Part shown: piece by piece, positions 1-10,800 of the stretch | How the letters are laid out: the number at the start of each line of letters is the position of its first letter | How positions within the stretch are numbered: the first letter of the stretch is position 1 | From: Caecitellus pseudoparvulus | Lineage: Eukaryota > Protista > Bigyra: Bicosoecida | Assembly (NCBI GenBank): GCA_965644315.1 | Contig: CBFFRQ010000031.1 | Location: 744,001 to 808,000 of the forward strand | Direction of reading: 5' to 3' | Length of the DNA: 64,000 nt | Program-made: the position numbers and the translations under genes | Notes under the pieces: generated by a model | Database searches by the model: none | Seen by the model: only the letters and a program-made list of their open reading frames with translations | Told to the model about the DNA's origin: nothing

Positions 1-2
1 GT

Positions 3-1304
3 GACAGGTTCACACTGTGCTGCAGCATCAATCTTGCGGCGCGTGAGCCATATGACACAGAGAGTTTCTGTGAATGGTTGCTCGGGTCGATCGCGAGAAA
101 GCTCTCAAAGTTGGAAGAGTATGAGCCTGTCACGAAGGTGCTGGGGCTGCTGGCCAGCTCTGCACATGAAACGGTAAATGTGCAGCATCTTCTGGTCACG
201 GTGTCCGCAGAGGGCGGCGCCGGCAGTGCAGCCTCCACCGAGCTGTCGCGTCGGATATGCGCAACTCTGACTGGTGCTGACACGACGGATCGCTTGGACC
301 TGGCCACCGCCGTACTGAGAGAAGCCAACATCGCCGTCATTGTGTTCATTGACGAAGCCGACTGTCTGTTCCAGGGCAGGCATTTCACACAGGAATGTGC
401 AGGCCTGTGGTGCTCGCAGCTGAGGCGGCTGCTGTCGTTGAAGTACCCTGCTGTTGGCGTGGTCTTGTGCACAGCCTTCCAGCGGGCCAGCCAACTGTTC
501 GTTTACGATGGAGATCCTCATGACTTCCCGCCCCGCTTCACACATCATGCGCTGCGAAAGGACTGGAATGAGGCCTTGATCGAGCACGTTCCTCTGGGGG
601 GGCCTGCCTGGAGCCGCACATCCCTCATGGCCTTCCTCCTTACATACATGTGCAGGATAATGGACCGCTCATTCTCCCTCTTCCAGCGCCACCTTGACCA
701 GCAGCCGTCAGAGGATGCGCTTTGGGTGGCGAGGGATCTCGATGCGTTGTGCCTGCAGGGCTGGAAGGGGGATGCTGATGCAAGCCCTGAACAGAAGCTG
801 GACGCTTTCCTGGTGCACATCATGGAGCAGTATGGTCACACCCCCCAAGACCTCGCCCGCTCGGCGCGCAAGCTTCTTCGCGCATGCTGGTCGCCATGGG
901 CATGGCCAGTTTCATTTCTGGGGAGTTGGGAGGCAGTTGCCGGTCCGTATCCCCTCATGCACAAACTGGTAATGGGCACCTTCCTGAGTACCGTGTCACC
1001 TGACCAGCAAGGGCGGTTGGCAAAGGACACAATGCTCACCTTCCACTCCGGGCAGCATACGCTGCCAAGAGAACTGCTGGAGCAGTTCTTGGCCGTGAAC
1101 ATCGCCTGCCACACACCACAGCTTGCATACGCACGTGATGACAGCATCCTTCATCAGGCTCCTGCGCTCACTGCAGTTGAGTGCGTGGACGATGCCATGG
1201 ATGATGGGCTGCTCACACTCCACGACAGTGGTCTGGGCCTTCGCAGCCTGCGAGTGTACCGCTGCTACACGAGTGACTTATTGCACCCTGTTATTGTGAT
1301 GTGA
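3..1304 (+). CDS. Orphan P-loop ATPase (AAA+/STAND-like), 5'-truncated by the window edge; paralogue of 35938-37602
   Basis: Frame is open from base 3 (DRFTLCCSINLAAREP.. vs DKHTLCCSINLGAREP.. in the paralogue). Walker B-like VIVFIDEAD present; Walker A would lie upstream of the window. Confidence 0.7.
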   Translation, partial: DRFTLCCSINLAAREPYDTESFCEWLLGSIARKLSKLEEYEPVTKVLGLLASSAHETVNVQHLLVTVSAEGGAGSAASTELSRRICATLTGADTTDRLDLATAVLREANIAVIVFIDEADCLFQGRHFTQECAGLWCSQLRRLLSLKYPAVGVVLCTAFQRASQLFVYDGDPHDFPPRFTHHALRKDWNEALIEHVPLGGPAWSRTSLMAFLLTYMCRIMDRSFSLFQRHLDQQPSEDALWVARDLDALCLQGWKGDADASPEQKLDAFLVHIMEQYGHTPQDLARSARKLLRACWSPWAWPVSFLGSWEAVAGPYPLMHKLVMGTFLSTVSPDQQGRLAKDTMLTFHSGQHTLPRELLEQFLAVNIACHTPQLAYARDDSILHQAPALTAVECVDDAMDDGLLTLHDSGLGLRSLRVYRCYTSDLLHPVIVM

Positions 1305-1584
1305 TTGCAATCGACAGGAAGCAAGGCTGAGTTGCCCATGGCCAGTGTCTTTGCCGAGATCCAGAGACACGAGGCAACGCAGCAGCTCTAGCAGATTGCG
1401 CACTCTGATCGACATAAAATGCGCAGCCCGCCCCAATTCGTAGGCGGTGTGGGAAGGCGTACAGGAAGAATGCACTTCTGAGCTCTCTCGCGGATGGTTG
1501 AAGCCTTTCGTTCACAAAACAAAACCCCCCTCTTCAGCACAACCTTCCTCTGGATTTGGCTTGAGGTGTTTGTGATTGGTCGCC

Positions 1585-4500
1585 ATGGAGGCGGCTCTTA
1601 TGGCCAGCCTGGGCCGCACGACAGCTGCTGTCTTGCCCTTGCCAGCAGCCGTGTCTGGTGGAAAGAGTGCGCCACTGAAGCTGGATGCGGGACAAGCACG
1701 GCACACCTTTCACGACGACCCAGTGTGGGAGTTTATTGAGGAGATCTTTGGGGAAGTCCCCACTTTCTTGCCTGTCACTGAGGTCTTGATTTTCACCCAC
1801 CCGCTCTTGACCAATGAGTGAGTGCCACGTCGCTGCGACGGCAGTGGCGCTTCCCATTGTCTGCAGCTCAACACGCACCCTCTGCTTCACCGAACTTGCT
1901 TGGGACGAACCCTGCCTATTTTTGCGTGTAGGTTTACTCTGCAAGACTTGTACTCCATCATTTTGTCGGCAGCAGCAAGCGCAGATGAGTAGCGCCTTTG
2001 CCTGGTCGCGGCGACTTGTGCCTGCACGATGCTGCCCTCGCTTGTTCTGCTCACGGCAGTACATTGCGCAGGACCCGTTGGCACCTGCACCATCTCCCCA
2101 AGAAGTTGCTCAGCGTATCCTTCACTCCTTGGCCGACCGCTCTGCACTGGCATCGGTGCCGCGTGACAAGCCTCACGCTGCAGCAGCTGTCGCTCAGAGA
2201 ACTGTGCAGACAGCACTTGCGCAGGTGACTCTGCCAACAGTCATCTCCACACAACAGCTTCCTGATCTGTTTGATCGCTGCGCAGTGCGGCGCCACCGTG
2301 GCAGCGATGCAGCGCTGGTGTACTTGCTGCGCGACGTCCACGAGCTGTGCATTCCGCTATTCGAGGAGTACAGGTCGCACCAGGCCTCTCTGCGCTTGGC
2401 GGCCACAGCTTCAGCGTTGACTCTGCGCGGGAGTGCTTCCTCTGCGAGCTCCTTCCGTGGCACACGAGCTGGCGGGCACCCTGCGCCGCATGACAGTGCA
2501 GCCCAACGCAGCGGCTCAGGACCGCTAAATACCCAGGACGCACACTCCTCCGAGTCAGACACTGACTCAGATGCAGAGGAGCACATGTATGACGATGGTA
2601 CGACAGACTTGTCTGCGTTCAAGACTGCCCTTGCCAAGGCAGCTGCGGCTGCGGATGCTGGCATGCCGTTCGGAGTGTCTGCCCTTGCGGAGGCAGTGCG
2701 CCGAGAGCACAAGGCCACACCTGTGGCTGTCACCGTCCAGAGGCGATTCCAAGCTGAAGCAGATGCTGTGGAGGCTGCGAAGGCTGAAGCTGCGCTGCGA
2801 GAAGGCCGCTTCCGCCGTCGTGGAGCCCGCGATGTGAGCCCGGGCGTGGACCTCCGCAAGGCAGCCTCCACGAGGGTGGCACCGGCGACAGGAGGTGCAG
2901 CAAGCCCATCTGGCAACACAGCAAAGTCAGGCTCTGTGACTGGAGACGCTTCAGTGGAGGAAGGCGTAAATGTGTTCGTGGACTCCGAAGATGACGAAGC
3001 AGACAGTGACGACAGGGCGCTGCCGGGCCTGTACCAACGCCTCTTCTCTCGCACAGTGCTTGGTGCGCTGCTGGACCGGCACACCCACATGCAAGACGTC
3101 TTTGATTCCTATGCGGACATCAAGCTGGAGAGTGGACAGCGTGCCATGTCTTGGATTGGGCTGCAGGCATTCGCTGTGGCCACAACCATTCTTCCGGGAG
3201 TGGTGGAGGAAGCCACTCTGGTGATGCTGCACGCGCAGACGTGCAAACCGCCCCAGGTGCACTTCGAAGGCTACAAGCAAGCGCTTGATCGAGAGGCAGA
3301 GGAGGCCGCTGCCAGGCAAGCAGCCGCCAAGGCAGCTGGGAACTTCACCAGGGGCTTCACTGCGATGCCGCAGCATGGTGCTCTGCACAGCCAGCAGGGG
3401 CGCCAAGGCTCAGACAGTGCCTCCACTCTGTCTGCAAGCGCCAAGCGAGCCAGCCCGTTAGAGGTTGCGAGGTCTTTGGACCCGACTGACCTGCCGCCTC
3501 TGTCCCTGCCGCAGTTTCAGGAGCTGCTCACGCGCCTGGCTGACTTGCTGCACGTGGAAGTACTGCAAGCCCACATGACGGCCAAGCAAGTTGCTGTGTA
3601 CCAGCGCTTGCGGCGGCTGCACTCCATTCATACACCCAGTTTCGTGCACCAGGCTTTGGCAGCCAGCGACGTTGCAGCGGCAGCTGAGCGTGAGGCGGCC
3701 CGCAAGCGCTCCAGCGCGCAGTACGGTCGAGCAGCATTTGGCGGGGGGGGAGGGCGGGATGCAAGTCGGGACGGCAGCTTGCCTGCAAAGCCTGAACCGC
3801 TGAAGGTGCCGACGGAGGGGCTGAGCACTCGCACACCGCTGTCTGACAAGGTAAACCTGCTCCTGGATTTCCTGGGCTTTGTCGGGTTTGACGTTCCCCT
3901 GGACACGTTCAAGACTGCTGGCGTGACAGGGTCAGACGCGCTGTCCGTTGTGGCCGACAAGTTGAAGCCATCACTGGGGCCGATTGCCGACGCAAGACCC
4001 AGCAGCCCCGCTGTCCTGGCTTCGGAGGATGAAGACGCGGTGACGCAGCAGGCGGGCATGGGAGCTCTGGTGCGGGCTGACCTCACATCTGGCTCTGGCG
4101 CACGGAGGCCGTTGACGGCTGCCTCCGCCACCACGACTGTGCTGTCAGATGCAGCGACAGCCATGCGCCTTGTGGCCCTTGCCGCTGACTTTGCTGTTGC
4201 GGAGGTGACAGCGGCGCGCCCAGGCTCAGCACGCAAGCGCGCTGGAGGGGACAAGAACATCTTCCAGAGCATCGGCATCAGCGCAGGGCCAGCTCCGCTG
4301 AAGGAGGTGGTGCCTCCGCCCAAGCGCCGCGTGAAGAAGAAGCCGGGTGCGCAGGGAGCCAGTCGAAGTGGCTCAAAGTCCACCACCTCTGCGGCACGAC
4401 CCGAAGACGAAGATGACCGCCTTGACAACTTGGTGTGGGAGCCCGAGGAGGAAGCGCTGAGGACTGAGTACAGGAGAGACAGGCAGCGCTTGCTGGCTCA

Positions 4501-7500
4501 GTACACAGATGACGAAGTCACTGAAGCATTTGGCCAGCACAAGGCAAAGAAAGCGCCAAAGAAGAAGGCCAAGCCTGTGGCGGGGGGGAAGCGTAAGCCG
4601 GTGAAGCTAAAGAAACTCAAGTTCTTGGAAACTGGCGCGCTCCGGGACAGGTACGGTGCCCTGCTGCCTCGAAAGGCCTCAGACCTCCCAAAAGCTGCTG
4701 TCTTGCACTTTGTTGCCACCGCTGCTGGCTTGCCTGGCAGCAGCGCGGGGCACGATGCTGCTGACGACAATTCCAGGGCAGCGACCAAGGCGAGGAAAGA
4801 CCGCGCTCGCAGGTACGGCGCTGCGATGGCCGCATACAAGAAGGAAATGAAGGCATACCTGGAGGCAAAAGAGGTTGTGGACGAGGAGAATGCCAAGATT
4901 CGCAAACGGTTCAAGTTCAAGCCGGAGTCCATGCCGCCCCTCATGCCCGAACCCCCTCGCCCGAGCACTCCTGAGCGACCACCAACGCCACCACCTCCAG
5001 AGCATCAACTGCCCTCCTTCTACACCACGCTGGCTCCGCCCACTCGAGCAACAGATGCCATTCGGGGGGATGGCCCTGTCGGGGGCTTGATCGGCTCCCT
5101 GGCTGCCGGACCTTCCACGGCGGGCACAGACGACAAGTGGAACCCCAAGTCAGCTTCCCTTGGCACAGTACTGGCTGAGCAAAAGGCAGCCTTGGAGGCC
5201 TTGCACTCGAACGCCGTGGGTAAACGGCGCACAGCCAAGGTCAAGCGAGAGATCGCGGCGCTTAAGGAGCTCATCAAAGGCATCAAGGCAGGCACAGCCG
5301 AGGCGCCTGTGGGGCCAAATGGCAAGCCTATTGACTTGCCTAGCAACCCAAACTCCCTCTTGAAGCCCAAAGCTGACCCCGCAGCCACAGCAGGTGGTGC
5401 GGGGGCGGGGCAGGGCACGGGGGAGACTGCCGCCAAAGGCAAGTCATCTGCGAAGCCGGCACCCCCCTCAACTCCAGCGAACATCGTCGCATCAGTGGCT
5501 GCGCTCGCACCAGGAGCTGGCGTGGCCAGGTACCGCCCGACTTTTGATGCACGACATGTGCAGGTCGCCAGCAGCACTTCTGAAAGTGCCAAGAAGCTGC
5601 ACCCCGTACACAAGCGTGCGTTTGGCGGCCACTTGGCAGCCCACGTGGACCAGCGGGCATGGGTCGGGGTTGGGCGACCCAGCACAGCTCCAGGGAGCAG
5701 TGCGGCCTTTCCGCCATTGGGTGCGACATCAGGCACTGTCGCAGGCACCGGCAGCGGGTCGGGACCAGCCCCGAGGCTGTTCGTGTCAAACCGGCCTGGC
5801 AGCCTGGCATCTCCCATCAGGGGCGGCACAGCGTCCGGCACCGCCCGCACGCCCCAGTCGCCGTGGCATGGCCAGCAACATGGCACGGCAAGGAGCACTC
5901 GCGGAGCTACCCCCCTCTTGACTGCAAGGAGGGTGGTCCAGCAGGAGAGCAAGAGGGGTGCGGGCCAGTCCGCGCCATCCATTGCTGTGCACTCCCTGGC
6001 CGACCTCGTCGTGCAGCGCCTGACGCAGGCTTCTTCAGACGACGCAGCTCCCAAGCGTGGAAGCTCTGACCCCATCTTGGCGGCCACCCAGCGCCTTGGA
6101 GATCAACTTGCTGGTCTGCGCTCAGAGTTGGCAGCGCTGGACGTGGGGGACAGCACAGCAGCTGCTGGGTCGCTCGTGACAGACATCCTGTCGGCTTCCA
6201 TGGGAAGCGGCGTGCCGCAGCCTGGTGTGGGCTCAGGGGGCAGCATGTCTGGGTCTGCCGCTGTAGCTGCTTTGGACGCACGCTTCCACCCACCCCAGCA
6301 CTCCCTCGCCCCCCGCGTGCGAGCTGCCTACCAGGCAGTCGGCATGAGTCCGCTTGTGGGCGGTGGGGGGGGTGACGACTCTGCACGTTCTGGGGCGAAC
6401 CCACGGTTGGTGAAGCTGGCCCAGCCGTCAGGGGTGCTTGACTTGGCCCAAGGCATCGTGACCACGCTGCAGGAAGGAGAGGAGTCGGAGGCCGTCGGCG
6501 GCGGGCCCGAGCCTTCGCCGGCGTACTTCAAGGTTCCGACGGGCACCGCCGCCGCAGCAGCAGCCATCTCATCCGAGCGAGTGGTCAAGACAGGCGTAGT
6601 TGACACGGTGTCCAGCCTTGGTCTCCCGCCCGCTGCCCGGCAGGCTGCCTTGTTGAAGGTCACCGCTGTGAAGAAGACTGGCAAGAAGCGGGCAGTGGTG
6701 AAGCCCGGTGGGGATGGCTATAAACGCCTGCTCCCTCGCACCTTCCCTGGCCAAGACTACCAAATCCCACAAGATCCCACGCTTGGAAGCACTCCGGTGA
6801 GAGATGCAGGGTCGGCTGGCAGTGCGCTGTGTGGGCTGTCGTCCCTGTCAGTCATCTCCGCGCCTTCCCAGCTGGTCACACCTACTGCACGAGTGCTGCG
6901 TGCCCAGGAGGCAGCTGCTGCGAGGCAGCCGGGGGCAGTGCCAACTGTCCTACCGGTGCCATCTGTGCCCCTGCCACCCGACCTCGCCCCCCAACTGCTC
7001 CGGGAAGTGGAGGAGTTCCATGAGGCTCAGGGCGGAGCTCCGCGCCCCCCTCAGCAGGCAGTCATCGACTTTGCTGCAGCTGAGCAGTACCATGACAGCG
7101 GCCGCTTCCAAGATGCTGTGGAAGCTTACAAACGCGCCATGCACGCGTGGATCAACTCCAGGGAGCTCAAGCTGCAGCAGCTGTCTGTGGGTGCCAGTAC
7201 TAGTGCGGCGTGGGAGACACCGGCTGCAGTCGCTGCACTTCTGCATGCCCGCATAGGCAATGTGTACTTGAGCGCAGGGAACGCAAGCGACGCGCTGCGC
7301 TACCTGCTCATTGCCAATGACACAGCCCGGTCACTTGATCCGCAGCATCCCATCGTCCCTCTCGTGCACGCGCGGCTTGGAGAGGCCCTCGTGGCTATCG
7401 GCAAGGTCAAGCTTGCTGCACAATGCTACGCCAGCGCAGTCAGCAGCCGCACGAGCTCCCTGGGGCCAGGCCACCGAAGCACGCTCACGGTCAAGGCTAA

Positions 7501-7831
7501 CTTGGCATGCGTCTTGCTGCTTGGTGGGCAAGTTTCAGACGGTGTGACTCTCCTGCGCATGTGCGTGGAGGATCTCCGGAGTGCGCTGGGCGCCGAGCAC
7601 CCCCGCGTCACCACCATGCTGCGCAACTTGGAAAAGGCCCAGCGCCACGCAGGGGCCCTGTCCCAGAGCTACGCAGGGCTGGGGCGCCGGCCCACGACAC
7701 TCGGTTTGAGACCTGCGGAGGAGCTTGGCCACCTGCTCACGGATGCCAAATGGAAAGCGGACCAGCGGCCGCCTGCAGTGGACCCTTTCAAGCGTGTGAA
7801 AGGCAAGCGGGGCAAGAAACGACGAAAGTGA
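1585..7831 (+). CDS. Large low-complexity protein with C-terminal TPR repeats (kinesin-light-chain-like TPRs)
   Basis: ATG 1585; a predicted intron 1818-1866 (GTGAGT..CTGCAG) joins in frame to the 2005-aa ORF. TPR-like segments AEQYHDSGRFQDAVEAYKRAM, LGPGHRSTLTVKANLA, LGAEHPRVTTMLRNL. Confidence 0.65.
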
Positions 7832-7885
7832 AGCAATGCATTGGCTTGACATTCATGCCTCATCGATTCAGCACCCGGCGGGCAG

Positions 7886-10800
7886 TCAGGCAGTGTCTTC
7901 AAAGGCATCCTTGCCGTACGTGTCGTCACCCAAGGTGCCCCCAAGCTGGCCCGGGCTCGGGCCTCGCGCTGGCCGCACTGCGTCCTCAGCGCTGCGTTGC
8001 TGCGCTTGCTCCACGACAGGGTGCTGTTCATCGACAGCTAGACGCGCGCTGCCTTCTTGCCCTGCCTTGACTGCGCTAGCGCCTGCGGGGGGAGGGGCCT
8101 CCTCCGATTGCACCCCCATTTCCTCCCTAGATTCTTCAGACGGGGAGGCTGCCTGGTCTCCACCAGGTACGGAGCTTGTGGATGACGGCTCAGCCGGCGC
8201 CTTCGAAGCCGGATGCACTGCAGGGCCTTCACCCTGGCTCTGCACTGGCTCCAAGTCGGACGCTGCAGGCGGACCCTGTGGCGGCTTCGTGTTCCGCCTC
8301 CGAGCCACGTGAATGCCCGCCTTTCCGCCTTTCGCAGTAGCGTATGGGTCGCCTGGGTACCTCGGAGCGGGGTAAGCGGATGAGTAGACAGTGCCAAGCA
8401 CTGCGTACCTCTCCTTGCGTGAGATCATCACTGCGCGGCTGCCTGCCAGCTCCCCCATGCCCTTCGCATTTACCTTGCCGTTCACTCCATCCATGCCCCG
8501 CAACGCAGAACTGTCCAGGTCCAAAGGCAAGGCCTCATCATGGGTGGAGCTCTGCTCGCCTCTGGCCTTGGATCTGGACAGAAGCGCGCGGGAATTCCGC
8601 GCATTCCCGTTGAACAGCGCAGCAGCTCCTGCAGTTGTCAGTGGACCACTGCTCGCTCGAAGCTCAGCCATACTGCGCACTCCTCCCAAAAGCGCCTTGG
8701 AGGCATACTTGTCAGGTTTACTCCTACTGTAGTCATCGTACACCCGTCGCCTGTACGCCTCTGTGTCCCTCTCTTGCGCACTCAAACTGCCGTCCGAGTC
8801 CTGTGCAGACTGCCACAGCTGAGCTGCTGTGCGGGAGGTCAGCGCGGCAGCTGCCTCCTCATCAGCTGCCTGCTTGGAGCGGGCTTCACCGTACAAGCGG
8901 TCAAATACTGTCTTTTTCTTCTTCTTTCCTTTCTTCCGCCGGCGCTTTTTGGTGCTTCGCGCACTCTCGTGAGTCGCACCGTCAGCCTCCGAGCCGGGCG
9001 CACGTGCACCGGGCACAGCAGCTGCCTCACCCGCTTCCTCCTGGCCGCCAGCAGGGCTCTCCGCTGATGCGACGGCAGCATGTGGACGGGGCCGACGCCC
9101 TTCACGGGCACTTTGGGTCCGGCGTGCACCCTTACTTTGCAGTCCGGCGCGCACTTCGAGTGGAGTAAGCAGGGGATCGGCGCCATAAACAAATACCTCG
9201 CCGGGAGTTGCTTCAAAGTGCCCCGATCCAAAGGTGTTCTGGCCTGGGGGGCGAGGGGGGGCAGGCAGCACCAGCGAGTACACCAGGGGCTCCACGTGCG
9301 GCGACTTGCTGCGGCGCTGGATGGCCCCTGCAACGTCATAGTTTCGTTCCGTGCGGACACGACTCGATGTCTCAGCGTCCAAGGAGAGCACAGATCCCAT
9401 CCCAAGCAGCCCCACACGGGAAGTCTGCAGCGCGCGAGCTCGCGTCAGGCTCAAGCGCGGCAGGACTGGTTGCTTATTTGCCTCGTCTTCTGCCGTGGGC
9501 AGCGGCGCCTGCCCCGCCTCCCCTGCCTCCGGGCCAGCTGCTGGTTGTGATTCAGCTTCGCCTCCTTCCGCAGCGGAAACCTGTGCAGCCTCGCCGCTTC
9601 CCGTGGGTGCGATTGATACCTTGGACTCAGTGTGCTGGCCTTCCTCCACACTGGCCACACTCGTCGTCGAAGCTGATGCCGGGAGCGGCGCTTTTGGTGC
9701 ATCTGAAGCGGGCCCCAGAGGAATGCCGCGTTCTGCAGCCAAGTCCTTGACAACCGACGCGTGCACGCCCACCCTGAATGGAGAGTACATGAGGGCACCT
9801 TGCCCGTGGCCACTGGACATCAACTCCCCCATCCGCTTAGAACGCGCGTACTCCTCACGAGCAAGCTGAATGCGCTGCAGTTCCAGTGCTGCTGCTTTGG
9901 TTTCGATGCTGGCCGCCACGTCGTCGTCCTGTCTTGCTCTTGCCTCTGCCACCAGGCGCTCTTGCTGCAGCGCTGCAGCACGTTGACGTGGAGACATCCT
10001 CCGAAGCTTGCGCCTGGTAGGCGCAGACAGTGGCACCACGGTGCCAGAGGCGGTGACAATTGTCTTGGCGACTGGCTTGCCTTTGGGTCGCCTGGGACGC
10101 TTGGAGCCAGCGTTGGTCGGCACAGTCCCCAGCCCTCCACTGCTGGGCTCCACCAAGTCTCCCGCGGGGGCAGCGTACACAGGTGAGATGAGGCTCAGGG
10201 CGCCGATGCCGTGGGTTGCTGTGCCTTGGCTGCCTTGTCCTGAGCGAGAAGCCCTGCTATCGGCTTGGGACTTCAACTGCCCTCGCCGGTACGGAGAAAT
10301 GAATGCCGCCTTGCTAGCGCCTCCACCTACAGACCTGGCTGAGCCTCTATGGTCACCAATGTGGTATCCTGCAGCCTTGAGCTGTGCCGCGTGCGAGGGG
10401 AGGATGGAGAGGGATGTCGCACTTTCACGCTGTGATGCCACCGCTCGCTGGGCTGCGAGGCGCTCCCGAGCTCGCCGAGCACGCAAACGCAGCACCGAGG
10501 TAACACCTGACAGGACTGCTTCTTTTGACGATGCCATGGGCAGGGAATCACTGCTTTGTCCGGCTTGGGTCGTAGGCGGCGCACGGGGGAGCCCAGACAC
10601 CGCGTCACAGCCTTGCTCCTGGGCCCACGGCCCCGATGCCCCTCGCGCCGCCACCGTGGCATGCATGAGCGCCCCCAGTGCATCTTGCGGCCCACTGCTA
10701 CGGTGCCGAATCTGGGGCGGGGCTCCTCGAGACTGCGGGCGCTTGGAAAGCCGTGAGCCGCTGCGAGACACACCCCTCTTCTGGCTCCGGCTAGCCTTCC

